A stretch of DNA of 64,000 nucleotides from the NCBI RefSeq assembly GCF_009914755.1, contig NC_060927.1. One strand, given 5' to 3'. A program made the translations under genes and the position numbers. The DNA comes from the human T2T-CHM13v2.0 reference genome, Homo sapiens. Positions within the stretch are counted from its first letter, which is position 1. Every line of letters starts with the position of its first letter. Of this stretch, positions 31,548 to 46,565 are shown one piece after another. The notes beneath the pieces are model-generated. The model had not been told where the DNA came from and ran no database searches. It worked only from the letters and a program-made list of their open reading frames with translations.

Positions 31548-33394
31548 AAATTAATTAGTTAATTAAAATTTAAAAAGTCACACTATTAAAGTTAGAAGAC
31601 ATGCCCTGAATCTTCCAGTCAAAATTCCTTGTTTACAGATGGGAGAAAGAGTGAGGAAGGGTTTTGCCAATGGTCACATAGATGTCAAATATCATTTACT
31701 GAGAAAATCAGCATAAGAACCCAGGTCTCTCTCTTTTTTTTTTTTTGTTTTTTTATCACTCAAGCCAATAGTTTTTCCACCCTTTTAGTTCTGTTATTTG
31801 TCTTCTCCACTGTTATTCAAGGCTATCTCAGGCCAGAAGCAGAGGTTTGAACTCTTTTCAGATGAGAGCATTTTTGAGACTGGGACCTCATGTTGAACTA
31901 AACTCACCTCCACGTTGGCACGCACGTTACTTCCTCTTCCACTGTATAATTTTGCCGTTGGATTAAACTCATGTGGTTGGTGCTAAGGCTTTGACCACAG
32001 GCACATTTGAAGATTATACTTATTTCTGGATACAACCTCCTTTGCCTCCAAACTGAAAGGTTGGAAGGATGACGGGAACAAACTCAAGTCAAGGGATTCC
32101 AAATGGTCACATCTTATGACCACAGGCTTTATATTTGGAGCGCTACCATGATTAATGTGTCCTCGTTGCCATCCTAAGACTTCCATCATTTTCTTCCATT
32201 GTCTTTCTGACTTCAGCTCCGTTGCTACTTCTGGGCAGTTATAGGTTTCTAACCCAATAGGGCAATTTCAGTTTCCCCCGCGTTTTCTACATAAGTTGTC
32301 CTTTCTCCACATATTTGTTTATGCAGTTTAAGTCTTGCCAGATTGTTCTCTCTACGTTCTAAAATCTTTCCAATTTTGAAAGTCTTAGATCAAGTACTAC
32401 GCAGCTGAAAATGGCTCTGCCTCTTTTATGGCATTTAATATCTACCTTGGATTATAGTTATTATAACGACCATAGATACTAAAACTTTGAAAAGAATAAC
32501 AATTTGAATTCCTTTGTCCTATCCCCATAGGACCTAGCATTGCCTCTTTCAATTAATAAATGTGTAAGGAATAAATTATTTTGGCATATTATCCCTTGTC
32601 TTTTAAAAGTTTCACAGGAGTCCCTTTGCAATCAAGTTAAAGGCTATAAAAATTTAACATCTAGTTGTGTTGGCAGAGTTGTCAGCATTTACTTCAGTTT
32701 ATCAAACTTCAATATTTATTTAAATTGAAACCAATCAGCCATTTTTTTCTATGCAAATCACAAATCTCATTTATTAATGCCTTCCCCTCCCCCTTTCCCT
32801 TACTACATCAATAGGAAGATTACATCTTGACATGATAAAAGGAGACAAGCTTTCGTTAATGTTAAGAATCTGCTCCATGGCCCCCTTTGCCCAGAAAGTC
32901 ATGAATTCTGATAATCAAGGGGCAGTTGCCTATGTTATTTTTTTTTAAGTTTCTAGTTAATTATTTGCTCTTCCTTATTTGCATTTTGAGATGTAACAGT
33001 AGAGCAGTTTACCCATTCTCTCCTGAAAACTATGAGTCTGTTTCAGACAAATTACTATACTAGGCACCCACCCTCAGTGGAGGTGCAGGAGACTCTAGGC
33101 CCGGAATGGGTGAAATACCAGAAGTTGCATTTGAATATAATATTGACTAATTAGTCAGCCAGAAATGAGAGCTCTAAACATGCTCTTTTTGTGTCATTTA
33201 CTGCATTTGTGGAGCATCTAATTATAAAGAAAATAAGTATTCTTCATTGGTTGCTAGTAAAGCTGCCACTGAAGGGCAAAAAGACATATAGCAATCATTG
33301 TTTAAATAGAAGCGCTTGAAAATTTTCCATTAATTTTCGTGTTTGCATTTTGAATGCTTTCTTGCTCACACTTGAGGTATCAAACTGAACAAGT

Positions 33395-33475
33395 CTGAAC
33401 TGACTGCGTAAGAATTTAAGGAAGAACTGGGAGGGGTAGAAATGAGGAAGCTATTTGCATTCCTGGAAGACAAAA
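33395..33475. promoter_or_regulatory. Candidate enhancer core (PU.1-like ETS, octamer, STAT/GAS)
   Basis: AAATGAGGAAG 33440-33450, ATTTGCAT 33453-33460 and TTCCTGGAA 33460-33468, in a repeat-free tract. Motif inference only. Confidence 0.45.
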
Positions 33476-36400
33476 CTCACGTTTATAATCTTTCTTGATA
33501 CTAAGGCAGTTTGTTTCCCAAATGCTATTTATGGTGAGCTTTTTGTCTTCAAATGTTTGTTATAAGACTCTTTTTTTTTTTTAATCATCCAGTGCAGAAG
33601 TTCATGAAAGAAAGTGAAAGTGCACCCATACCCCCATTCATTTTCCAGAGCTTACCCTGTTTGGTACATTATCTTGTTGGCTCATGTTTTGCTTGGTTTT
33701 GTTTATGCAACTTTTTCTTATTAATTTGTTGTTGTCGTTGGATGGAGTTAGGGAGGGTTAAAGGACTGGAGTAAAAATGCTATTTATCTTTACCCCTTCT
33801 TCACTTACAGTGTGTGTACGTTGATGGAGGGGGTGGTGGGGATAGAGGGTGATTTTACCTGCTCCATTTTTGTTTCTATTTGCTGCTACCAGCTTGCTTC
33901 TTAACCCTGGGCAGAGGCTGCCCTGCAGGCAGGAGCAGAATAAGCTGTCTGTGCCCTTCCTCTTCCTATACCTTTGAAGATTGGTGCCTTTCACTGTTTT
34001 CCAATCGCTTGTTCTTTCCATAAGCTCGTTCCCTTCTCTCCACTGCTTTGACAACACCTTTTAGAGTTGCTCCTGGAGCTGCTGCCAAGACAATAGTATG
34101 TTTTCTCTTTTAAAGGTCTAAACCCTGGGAGGAGAGGAACTGGAGGAATTGAGTCAATATAATATACGAATCACTTTATATTTTACTATCTATAATTTAG
34201 TTTTTGACTTCCATTTCTAAGGAAAAAATTGTTTTCTTTTATTGTTTTTTTTTTTTCTGTTTCCATTCAGCACTCGTGTACTGAGAATCCCCAAGCTATA
34301 TTAAGTCCCATTTGGGCCATTAATGTGTGTGCAACATGGTCTGTCTGTTCCAGTAGAGAAAAAGGCATATAAATAACTTTCTTATCACTGGTTATATGCT
34401 TTGAAGGAGTACAAATTAAACAACCTGTGGAAGTTCAAGTAAAAGAAAGCTTATTTCCAGTCACGAGAAGTTAAATGTGAGCTGGGCAGATTCATAATAG
34501 AGAAGTACCGTTTTTTTGTTTGTTTGTTTGTTTTTAACTCTGAGGGCCCTGTGAGCTTGGTCAATTTACATCATCTCATGAATGACATAGGGCCCTATAT
34601 GTGGAAACAAATAAACAACAACAACAACAAACCACTGTAGAGTCATATCAAAGAAAAATGAAGGTGGTATTCATCCACATCAATATTAAGATAAATTATT
34701 AAATATTTATAAAACTCTTTGACAGTGTACAGCCTCTATAATTAATCAATGTAGCACTTTCTCAATACTTCCCCATTTTAATTAGTACCAACATCAATCA
34801 TAATTAGGCTCATGCTTTGGTCTCTCTGAGACTTTTAAAACATCATGGGTAGGGGGCATTTTTCAGGATTCAGGTATCAGCTAAGAGTTCATTTAGCCAG
34901 TAGATCGTGACCATTCTTCCTCTCCCTGAAGCTATGATTCTGGATACTGTGGCTCTTCCTGCTCCTCCAGACATAGAGAAAATGGACAAGTTTCTCCTTC
35001 CCCATTTTGAGTGCATGAAGTGAAAACTTAGCTTGTCCAGCCAAACTGGAGGAAGGAGAGGCGGGACTTATTGGAGTAACTGAAAAGAGAAAAATTGGAA
35101 TATGAGCAGTACCAATACTCAGTCTCTTAAGGAAGGGTAGAGTCCCTTTCTTTCTCTCTCTGTAATTTTTTTCTTTTTTGTTTTTTTTTTTTCAAAGAAG
35201 ATTGCATAAGATTCTGTCTCTCTAGGAGATGACTGATGAAATATACCCCCTGGGTCATTTGCATCTTACTCCTTTGTAGTGTAGGGAAGAACATTCCAAA
35301 CCCATTATAAGCACTTACTGTTGTTGGGCATGTCATAACAAACACAATACCTTTCTGGAATATACTGCTGAGCCCTTGGCTTTTTGCTGAATTTGCCTAA
35401 AAGCCCTTCTGCCTATTGAGTGGCCACATTCTGAACTAGTTATACTTGGTTAAGTTTTCACACAGTACACTCTGGGATACTAGGGTTGCAACAATTTAAA
35501 AAAGAACATAGATGGAAGCTTTATATCTCAAAAGCTCCTACCTTTGACTTCCCTGACAATTTTTCCTTCTCCTGCTCTTCAACTCTATGTTTCCCAACTT
35601 TGTTTTTGTAAACACGAAAAGTAAATTTTTTACCATTTTGTGCCTAATTCCTCTTCTTTCTCTCTTCTCTTTTTACTCATCACAGGAATGTCTTAGCTTT
35701 CCTTCCTTCTCCAATCTGCCTTGGGTATAGAGTCACGCCTTTAAATCTTTTAGCATACCACAATGTAACTTACATAAGGAAATGTTTAATTTGGGAACCT
35801 CAGTTGGTTTTGTTAACACTGCTGCACCGAAGCTCTAGCTGAATTCACATAATCTCATGATTTTAGTAAAGGTAACAAAGGAAAACTATTATGTAAGTAC
35901 CTACTTTTCAACAAACATTGGGCTGGGTTTCTTCTTTACATTTTCTCATTTAATCTTCATAATAACCCTGCTAGATAAGGTTTACCATCTCATTTTGCAA
36001 TGTGGAATCTGGAGCCCAGAGATATTAAATACCTTGTACGAGAGTAGGTGTGCAAAGCTAAACTTTGAACCTAGGCATCTCTGACTTCAAAGTCTATGCT
36101 TTTTCCACCTCATAGAAAGACCATCCAGAAGATCAAGTGTTGGAACCTTCCGAGGCTGTGACATATTTATTACTTCAAAGTTTATTATCACAGGACATGC
36201 ATGCTGCTTTAGCAACTAGAAGTGTGTGAATGAATATTACTATTGTGTTGCATAAGTCCTTGGCAATATTACTTTTTAGGTGCCATTCTAATCCTGCCCT
36301 GTTTGGAATAATTGTGATTACGAGGGCATAGGAGTAATTCAGAAATTTTTTGAAGAAATTTCTCCACACAGCATTAGCCTTAGTTATGAGTATAATACAA

Positions 36401-38004
36401 AAGAAGAGGACCAGCACTGCTGGAAGGTAAATGAAAAGATGGAGGAATTGAACGATTACATAACAGCTGTTCAGACTTGTGGTACTGATTAGAGTCATTT
36501 GTAGAGATGAAGCAGTGTGTCTAGCCAGTGTGGGGTAGGGTATACTGGGAAGGTCTCACAGACAGAGTGAAGTGGGTTACGGCAAGCCCTGAGGTATGGC
36601 AAAATCTGGACAGCTAGCCTGGATCTTCATTTTTCATTAGTTGGCTTCCTTAACTGCTCAACAAGTAGACCAAACAAACAAACCACGCATACACACAAAG
36701 CAAAGAAGTAAATAAAGAATGGTGGGGCTAAGACTGTGAATAGCTCCTAGCAAATTAGAGAAATAGCTTCAAGTATATGCCTTCTGGATGATGTATGTTT
36801 GTATATGAAGGACAACACATCAAGGGGTGTTGGTAGTAATCTGTGCTAAGCTTAGAAGCCAGTATATCATTGTTCTAGTTCTATTTCTACTGTCGAGTGG
36901 CTTTATAGCCTTAGACAAGTCATGTAACCGTTCAGGCCCCAAATGTCCTTCTGGAATTACAGGGATTGAACTGGATGAATAAAAAGTTCTATTTCAACTC
37001 CAACATTTAATAATTCTAAAGTTCTTAGTGAGCTCTGATTGCTCATTTGCATTACATAGGCATATATTAACCATTTTAATATGTATCAGAAAAGGTATGT
37101 TCTTTTTCCTCAGAAATGTTGAAGCCTGACTTTGTTATAGAAAGCACCCAGGAATCATGTCTTCAGAGTTCCTAATTTTTAGTGTTTTCTTGTACTGCCC
37201 CGACTGCTGCAATCCTCTCTCTTACATTGGAATTCTGTTTTAAGTTTTGGTGATTGGAATCCTCTTTTTGATTTAAGAGAAAGAATCCTAGGGGTGAAAG
37301 ATTACTATACTGGAAATGAAAGATTACTAGTCTCTAAATGAGAATTGGCTTTGGGCTGTAATAGATAAAAATATTTTTAAGGGAAAAATATTAGAAAAGT
37401 GAAAACGTTTTTAAAAAAAATAGGTAGCAGTCACCACCGTATTCTGGTGGAATCGAATTCTTGAAGATTAGATTTGTGTATTCATGGAATAATCTAGACA
37501 AAATCCTGCCTTGCACATAGTGGGGAGATACACTAAAATACTGAAACAGCTACATTGTATTCAGGTGAAGCTACATAGATGTAAATAAAGGGCAGCCAGC
37601 GGGTACAAGCTGTCAATTAAGTGTTTTCAATAGTCTACTCCGTGTCGCCACATCTTAGGTAATTTAGATAGGTAGAAGACAGGTCATTAGCACTGAAGTT
37701 GAGAACACATTTGAACTCCAGAATGGGATTAATGCATCTCCAAAAAACGTGTATTTTCTAACCCTGTGCAAAAAATTATATTTGAAAAGATTAAAACAAA
37801 CAACAGTTTTCTTCGTTCTTTGTTATATGTCTTTGTACTTGAAAAAGGTAAAATTCTGCATTACGTTTTAAACAAATTGTGCCAGGGTAAAGGGTAAAAT
37901 CTCCATCAACATCTAAAGGTCTTTCTTGTTCAGAAAATGAAGGCCCCTCTCCTGCATTAAAGACCAATGTGGCCTTATAGATCCTTATACAGAGGGAACA
38001 AAAT

Positions 38005-38562
38005 GACATTAGACAGACTCTAAGGTGCCCTCAATTATTCCCACGTGGTGGTATTCATGCCTTTGTGTAATTGCCTCCCAATGAGTGTGGGAGGGACCTA
38101 TGATTTCTAGCCAATAGAAACAGCAAAGGTCACATGTAGTCTTTGATGACTTGTGTGTGATTGTGTCATATAAGACTGTAACATTTGTTCTATGAGGGGA
38201 CTTTCACCCTTGTAGGCTTTAAAGAAACAGGCTGCCATGTTGTCAGCTGCCACCTGGAGAGGTCCATGTGGTAAAGAGTGAGGGCACCTAGTAGCTGACA
38301 AGAAACTGAAGCCATCAGTTTAGCAGCCTGCAAGGAACCGACTGTTGACGACAATCATGCAAACTTGAAAGCAGATCCTTCCCCAGTCAATCCTCAGTTG
38401 AGACTGCCACCCCAGCCTAACTTTGCTTGTAGACAATGAGACCCTGAGGCAGAGGACCCATCTAAACCATACCTGCACTTGTGACCCACAGAAACTGTGG
38501 GATAATAAATGTATGTTGTTTTACTCTGCCAAGTCTTTATTGTTTTATAGATAGCTAATACA
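38005..38562 (+). mobile_element. MLT1 (E/F/G-like) MaLR LTR
   Basis: AGACAGACTCTAAGGTG...GAGTGTGGGAGGGACCT...GACCCACAGAAACTGTGGGATAATAAATG...AGCTAATACA. Confidence 0.85.
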
Positions 38563-40801
38563 ATTATGTTACTTTTAGAATCTAACATTTTCTTCACCTT
38601 TCGTTTTCTACATAATAGTTACTAAGTGAATGTGACTTGTTATCCCCATCCTCAAAATCATTAAGGGTCTTTTATTTAATATTTGATTTATCTGTGGCTT
38701 TGTGAAATTCATAAATCTGCTCCTCAGTTTCTGGTATCTCTTCAGGAGAGATGCCCTCTTACTCTACTGTATATGGAAGTTGAATAAGATTGAAACTGAT
38801 AGAGAAATACTTGTTGAATCAAGTTGAATTACATGAAATGGGCTTCTTTAAAAGCTGTTATTAAATCTTCCTGTGGCTGTCCTAGAGATGATATAACAGA
38901 ACTTCTGCTGGGAAATGGGAGAGGGGGAGGGAAGCGTTCCATGAGCTGCTCTGTCATTTGCATGCCAGTGAAATTAAGTTTGAATTTACATTAAGAGGAG
39001 TTTTGAAATTTAGGATCTATCTTACCAAATCACAATTCAGCCTAACAAATGTTATGGAAGTACAACAGGAGCCCGGACTGTCCATTGTCATCTAAATGAT
39101 GGATGTGTTTAAGGTGTTTACATCAGTGCTGTTTCTCCCACCCACCCTAGGTCTGGGTGGTTGCCTGGGATTGTTTACTCAAAGACAGTAGCTTGACAAT
39201 TTGGAAATGACAGAGGACGCTGATACTTGAAATCAAACTGTAGCCCTGGAATAGCCCAAACATGGTCCCAGGGTGGTCTTGCTTCTGACTTATGTGGAAA
39301 CGGCCAAATCTTCAACTACATTCTGTAGCTTTTCTTTATTCACCCAGCCAACTGGAAGATGAGTACCTATCTTGGAAATTTCCCAGAAGCAGCAATTCAT
39401 ACTTTCCTTATAACTCTTAACACATTGCTTTATAGTTTCTGTTCCAATGCCAGCAAAGCCCCTCTTTGAAGACTCAGTTTCCGTCATGCTGCTCTCTTAC
39501 AACACGCTTTCCTCAATTCTGAATGAATGAGCAGATGAGGATGCTGAAATGTTAGCATAACAAACCAAAGTCTTCTTCTGTTGCGGGACATTACATTTAA
39601 TGTAGCTTTATACAGCTCAGATTTATTTCTATAGGTTAAGCATTTTGTTAAACTATTCCTAAAACACTTCTGAATGGGTCACCAGAAAGAATATGGAGCA
39701 ATCAATTCTACTGTAACCTAGCCAGGCAAATATTGACTATTTCCTGATACCAGCATATGTTGTATATTTCTGCCTTACTCTAGTGAGCAGAAAATCTGTG
39801 AAGGTTTTTAGGAATTGCCTAAAGACACGCAGTTCTCAAATGGCAGGAAGGAGAGTAAATCCTAGTCTTTCTGATTCCAAACTTTATATTTTTTCCATTA
39901 AATGAATACAGCATACTTACATACATACATAAGTAATACATACATTCATACATGTATTCAGCTGTGAACATTTTTTGGGCACCCTCAATGGCCCATGCGC
40001 TGTGTTGGATGTGATGAGGGATATGTAGATGAATAAGACCTAGATCTTGCCCTTATAGGGAAAAATAAGATTTAAATAGGTTAAATCCTAGTCTTGTGGG
40101 AAGATAGAAAAGATGCACAAAACGAAAGCCAGACTCAAATGAGTAAAGTTAGATTATAAGTCTGCAGATGTAGGTAGGTAACCTGAGCTTTCCAAGAACT
40201 GTCTCCTCACTTGAAGAATGGCAGTTAATAATCTCTGCTTTATAGACTGGTTGAGTGGATTGAATGAGAACACATGGGAAGATGCTGGCATTTAATAGGC
40301 AACCCATAATAGAAATGTTAACATGTGCTCTGGGGTATCTTCAGAGGTATTGGGAGAGGAGTCCCTGCCTAAGGAAGAAGCAGTGCTGGGCAGAGGAAGG
40401 AATGTGGACTTGGATTGGAACTCAGTGGATCTGGTCTCCAGTCACCCAACAAGCCATGTGACTGTGGACCAACTACTAACTGCATAGGCACCTTGGATTC
40501 CACAATTGTAAAATGGACATCACTGGAAAGCCTTCCTCATGAAGTGATTAGAACAGATGCAGATAATAGCACAGGTGTGGTTGAAAATTGTGAACATTCA
40601 TGGAAAAGTTCACTTGTTTTTTTTTTATTTGTTTTTGTTTTACTGTCAAGAATATAATAGGAGCCACTCAATTTATGACTCTGTCCTTTCACTTATTATT
40701 AAAATTATGGTATTCCTTTTGCCACTCCTGTGGACAACATAGCCAAGCAAATGAGCATTTTAGTCTTTCTCGTCGTCCTGTCTTAGTTTGCCAAAACTTT
40801 G

Positions 40802-40808
<7 letters not shown>

Positions 40809-40852
<44 letters not shown>

Positions 40853-40855
40853 TGT
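40809..40855. repeat. (TG)17(CG)4 alternating purine/pyrimidine tract
   Basis: Direct reading. Confidence 0.95.
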
Positions 40856-42216
40856 TTAGTTGCTGTTGAAAATATTTGACCACTATGAGGAACTGGTAAA
40901 TTTGCCTGTGCTCAGGAATACATTACATGGATGCTCTGGTTAGTCACTTTGTACTTTACATCTGACTTTTCCTCCATCAGAGACAAAATTAATAATAAAC
41001 AATTTTTAAGATTTTGGATAAAAACCTTATTAAAATGCATGGCATATTTTTCTTTTTTCTTATGGGGCTATTCTAAGCATTTGAAACCTTTTGATGACTC
41101 AGGGTCATCACCATGACCATCTATTGTTATGCTCTGCTGAAACTCAGTAATTTTTTCCTCCTATCCCCCCAGGCTGTCAGCGGCCATCTCTGCTGTCACT
41201 GTGCTGCCTTTCACAGTCTTTCCCACTACCTTCTAAAGTTCATTGGTTTTAATCTCCTCTGGTATGAGGAAGAAACAGCAAAATTGTCATTAGAATCATT
41301 GGTGAATAGGAGTCAACAAACATTCACTAGTGGCCCAAAGGAGCACTCATCAGAGGAAAAAATGTTGTTTTATTTTGAAAAATTGCTATTTTATAAACCC
41401 AGAGCTGCTACTCCCCCTTCTTTTCTTCTCCGTTCTCTTTCTTCATCTTTTTCTTTCCTTTCCAACCTTCATGAAAACTGGAAATATGGACTATGACTTC
41501 ATATGCTCTTACTTACCCTCTGCTGGGATTTTGTTCTGAAATTGTAACAATTAGAGGAGTGTTTCTAAATTGGATCGCTTCAGATTGTCTCAGTTCTCTG
41601 TGACTTTAAGAACAAGCTGATTTGAAGCCACATACTGTTGGCAGCTTTCATCCATTTATTTGGACTATCAAGCAAGAATGCTCACAATCTTTCATATGAA
41701 AGAAGACATCTTTATTTCCAGTTCACACTCTTCATAATAAGAAGGGTATTTGAAATAAAGCCAAAAAGCATAACTTACTTCTCTAACTTCATATTTCAGA
41801 TGCCTGCAATAGTGGGAGAACATTTTTTTACTACCCCACCTTACCCTCAAATCAGTAGCAGAAAATAACAGTGATGCATTCAGACAGCAAAAAGAGAAAA
41901 TAATAATTTTATTAAGTTTACAGGAAAGGTCTCAGCTTTCTTAAAAGCCTATCTTTAGGAAGTAAGTAACTGGAGCTGCACACCCAACAGAGGAAGATGA
42001 CTTTACTTATCATTTACTTAGAAATTATCTTTGAAAGGATCATTGTGCTGTTGTTAGCAAAAAGGAGCTTCTGTAAATGTCACCTCAAACTTTGAAATCT
42101 GGGAAAGTCTCATTATGAAACGCAAGTTTTATCTTTCATACTCAGTGCTGGAGCACTGAGTATCCTTGCATTCATGAAGACTTTCTGGTACAGAGTAAAC
42201 GGAGCTGGGAGCATAA

Positions 42217-42572
<356 letters not shown>

Positions 42573-43174
42573 GCATTTCCCTTTTGTACACTAGGAGCTA
42601 CCGAGTACCAGAAGTCTTTGTTAGGATGCACAGTTCTTTGCTCACTCTGCCTGGGACAGTGGCTCAACATCTCCAGTCCCCTTTGAGTTACCTCCAGAAG
42701 GTTCAGGAAGAGCCTTTCCCTCCAAAATGTTCATAGCATTTGATCTACCTTCTCTAAGATAAGCAGCTTTTGTCACATTGTACCTAGGGTAAAGATTTGT
42801 AATGCCTTAACTCTATGCCATCTGTATGCTTCCTGCGGACAGGATATGCTTCTAATTTATCAGATTCCCTTAAGAAACTACACCATGATGCACTTCTCAA
42901 AGTATGCTCTTAACTAATACTTATGGGAGGAAAAAAGGAAGGAGAAGGAAAAGGAGGGAGGAAGGAAATCGTGTAATTGCAGAAAGTTTATGTCTGGGAC
43001 CCTTGTGTAATAATGTTAAATAATACTTTGACTTTTACGCCATTTTTCTATATACAAAATTCTTTCACATCTATTTTCACCACTATCCTGATATTGTTTG
43101 CATGATGTGTAGTATGTATGTTTTTAATGTGTGTGCATATTGTTTGTCTCTCACACATACAGCAGCCCCAACAC

Positions 43175-43297
43175 TGACAAATCCAAATTCTATGAGTACA
43201 GGGAGTTTGTTGTGTTCACTGCTGTATCCCCAGCACCTTGAACAGCACCTTTCAAGGAGGAAGAACCTAATTCATGTTTGTTAGAAGAATGAATGAC
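43175..43297 (+). mobile_element. L2 3' end fragment
   Basis: TGTTCACTGCTGTATCCCCAGCACCT...TTTGTTAGAAGAATGAATGA. Confidence 0.65.
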
Positions 43298-46264
43298 AAT
43301 ATTGTCTTATTTGATCTTCACCATAATCCCGTGAAGTGAATACCGTATTCATACTGTATCCTCGTTTTTTTGCAGATGGCAAAACTGAGGCCTTGAGACC
43401 TGCTCAGGTTTGCATAGCTAGTTTTTGGCCATGGCAAGATTTGAATTCAGGTTTTTCTATTTCCTTATTCTCTCCTTTTTGTCTTCTGGGAATTTGCTAT
43501 ATTAATAGCAAAGCAAGAAATGTCACACAAAGAAAAATTGTTTCCAATTTTAAATTCATGATGCATATGCAAGAAATTACTGACTTTTCAATCCAATGGT
43601 AACACAGATTGTGTGATTTTTAGGAGGAAGAGCCTTTCTTTTCCATCTCTTGCGTTTATTAGCATATGTGTCAGTGCACACACATCTACACCGTGCAGCT
43701 CTCACCTTGTACTTTTCCAGTCTGAATTCGTTTTGTAGGCTGTCCCTGCCCTGACTATCCCAGGTGCCTATCAGGGCTGTGTCTTGGTCAGGCTAAGGCC
43801 AAGCAACAGGCACCAGCATTTGTTATGGTTACCTTGGCAAGTGAATGGGGTTTGAGGGAAGCTGGAGAGCAGGCATTTCAGGAGTAGAACTAGGCCAGTC
43901 TGTTTTTGTAAAAAGTTGATATTCACCCTAATTGTAGCTCATGTTGGCAAGCGGAGTAAACACCCATGCAAATTACTAAGTTGTACTGAATGTCCAAGGA
44001 TGTCAATAATCATCTTGAAATCCAAATAAATATATTTTTTACTGAAACGGAAGCCAGGCACCACATGCAGTTTCTCTCTGTCACTGGAGACAGATTTGGC
44101 ACATATGCATGAGACAGAGAAGGGCAACTCTTCAGGCCCTAATGCACACAGGAAACTAGGGATGTGTATATCATACTTGGCAGCAAAATAGAGGTGGGGC
44201 AGCCATCACTTTCTGTTCTCAAGCACCTCTCTTTTTTCCTATATTTTAAAACAGGATGACCACAAAGAAGAATAAGGTATACAGTAGCATAGGATCCTAA
44301 ATTAAAGCATGAGGGAAAGCTAGCATTAGTTTTTCATCTAAAGTCCATTTGGGTAGGAATGAGTCAGTGCAAAACTGTACAAAGGTGATCTTAAGTCACA
44401 TGTTATGTTACCGACTCTGTGGCAATGGCTGTGAGTAGTCCAGGAACTCTCCAAGGCCTATTTTTAAATTCACTTAGACCAAGCATAATGAGGTAAAGGG
44501 ATGTCTATACACATTCTCAAGTTTAGTTCTCTGACCGTGAGTCAGACTGTGGGCCATGGACCTGGGCGTCTCAGTGGTAGCAGGACTCATTTTTTCCCCT
44601 TTTCTTTCTCATAAATGACTTAGGAGACACATTGGAGAACCCTATGTGCTCCTTTTACTGGAATTATCTTTTAAGGAAGTACTGATTTCACCTCCTGTAC
44701 ATGGTTTGCTGAGATGGCCTATTGGGGTTTCCCACCAGTCCACAACTGGAAGTTTCTATTTGCACATTTTGACTGCTAGTTCTATATTTAGTCAAAAGCC
44801 TGCCTTTTGCCTGGTTTCTTAGGGAAATAGTCTGTAGGAGTTGCTGTGTCCATTTGCCTTGTTCACTTGGGTATTTATTTGACTGTATACCCTGATTATT
44901 TCCTAAATTAACAAAAAGGCACAGGGCCCCAAATGAAGGAAGACCCCTTGTAATTTGTTAAAAAATAAGTTTATGAAAATGTGTCGTCAGGAAATCAGAG
45001 TTGTGTTGCGGGGTGGGGAGCATGATATACATTTGTGTTTGTATGTTTCTAATTGTCTACAGATTTATGGCCTACTGTAACAAAGCCATTGTAAGTGTAC
45101 AGTGGGAGGGTCAAGAAACCTTATTCTATGGATTCAAACACATTATGCATACAATTTACACGTAGGCACAAAAATATCCCTTCAAAGACCCTCCAATAAG
45201 CTATGGTATAGTTGAGGAAACACTAGACTTGAAGTCGGGAAACCGGAGTGTTGTCATTTTAATCTCAGGCTATATCTTTACATGAACAAGAGAACTTTGT
45301 GTTATTTTTCATATTCGAACTCTTTGTGCTGAAGATTCTGCAGTCAAACTGCAAGACACATACGCATTGGCTGATCAGAAATGACATAACCATTCTTACT
45401 GCACTGAGTTGATATTCAGTCAATAAACAGTCTAATCTCGGTTAAATGTTTGCATATTTTTAGACTTTTAAAAATTTGAAATCAGCCTCTCAAGTTCCAT
45501 TAGACAGTTTTATCACGGACACATCAAGTTCCATGTACAACAGGCTGAGAACCATTAAGCTACAAAATTTCTAAAATTTTCTCCAGGTTCTCAGTTGCTA
45601 AATTCTCTCTTGAACATTTTTGGGGATAAAAAACTGGCAGAGAAAAAGAAGAAAGTACACCTTTTTACATTATGAAACACCTATGTTCACCTTATCCATG
45701 GAGTTATGCCAGTGACCTAATGCCTATTAAGTTCTTCCATGTTCCAAAGGTCTTTCTGTACTTGAAAACTCATAGGTGAGTCAGGTCCTTCACTGATAGC
45801 TTATAGCTAAAAACCACTTGGGAGAGGGGCTGTCCAGGTCTTATGTCAAAACTTTGTCCCATACGCTGTTAGTGTTAGAAATGGAGCCGTCAGCAAATAG
45901 AATCTGTTGTTTCATTTAATTACTTTTCAATATGCCATTACCAGAAATTTTTATGTAAATACATATTTTATTCCCTGAGGCTTGTCAATCTGAGACCAAA
46001 ATTATACAACACTGAAAAAAAAAAAAACAAAATTTTCTTTTTACTAGTTCTCTCCCTGTGTTACTGTGTCATCTCTCATGCATGGTATAGGATGATGATG
46101 GTGCTCAAACTTAGCCAAAGACTCTTTTGTTGGTATTCAATTGGCAGAATTAATGAAACAAATATTTTAAGATCCCTGAATATGTGCTAAAAGCATATAA
46201 CTACACTACTGGCTAGTCAGTAATTGGTGCCTCAGAAGAGTTAGGTATTTATTCATTTACCAAA

Positions 46265-46445
46265 TACTTATATGTCAAGCACTGTTCCATGTGTTTTCTT
46301 AACCCATGTCATTGTTAAAACAACCCTTTGAAATGTGGGTACTGTGATTATTTCCATTTTGCATTGAGGAAGCTGAGGCACAGAGAAAGTAAGGAACCTG
46401 CCCAAGGTCATACTATCAATTGTAGTGGTGCAAGACAGTGGGCTC
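46265..46445 (-). mobile_element. MIR SINE
   Basis: CCATTTTGCATTGAGGAAGCTGAGGCACAGAGAAAGTAAGGAACCTGCCCAAGGTCATA. Confidence 0.75.
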
Positions 46446-46565
46446 TGAAGTATGTTCTCTCTATGACGACACTGTGCTCTGAGGGAGTGAGAGAAGGAGG
46501 ACATTGTTTGGGGCCCAGTGAATTAATGAACAAGATATCTGACTAGGATCTGAAGACTAGCAGAA

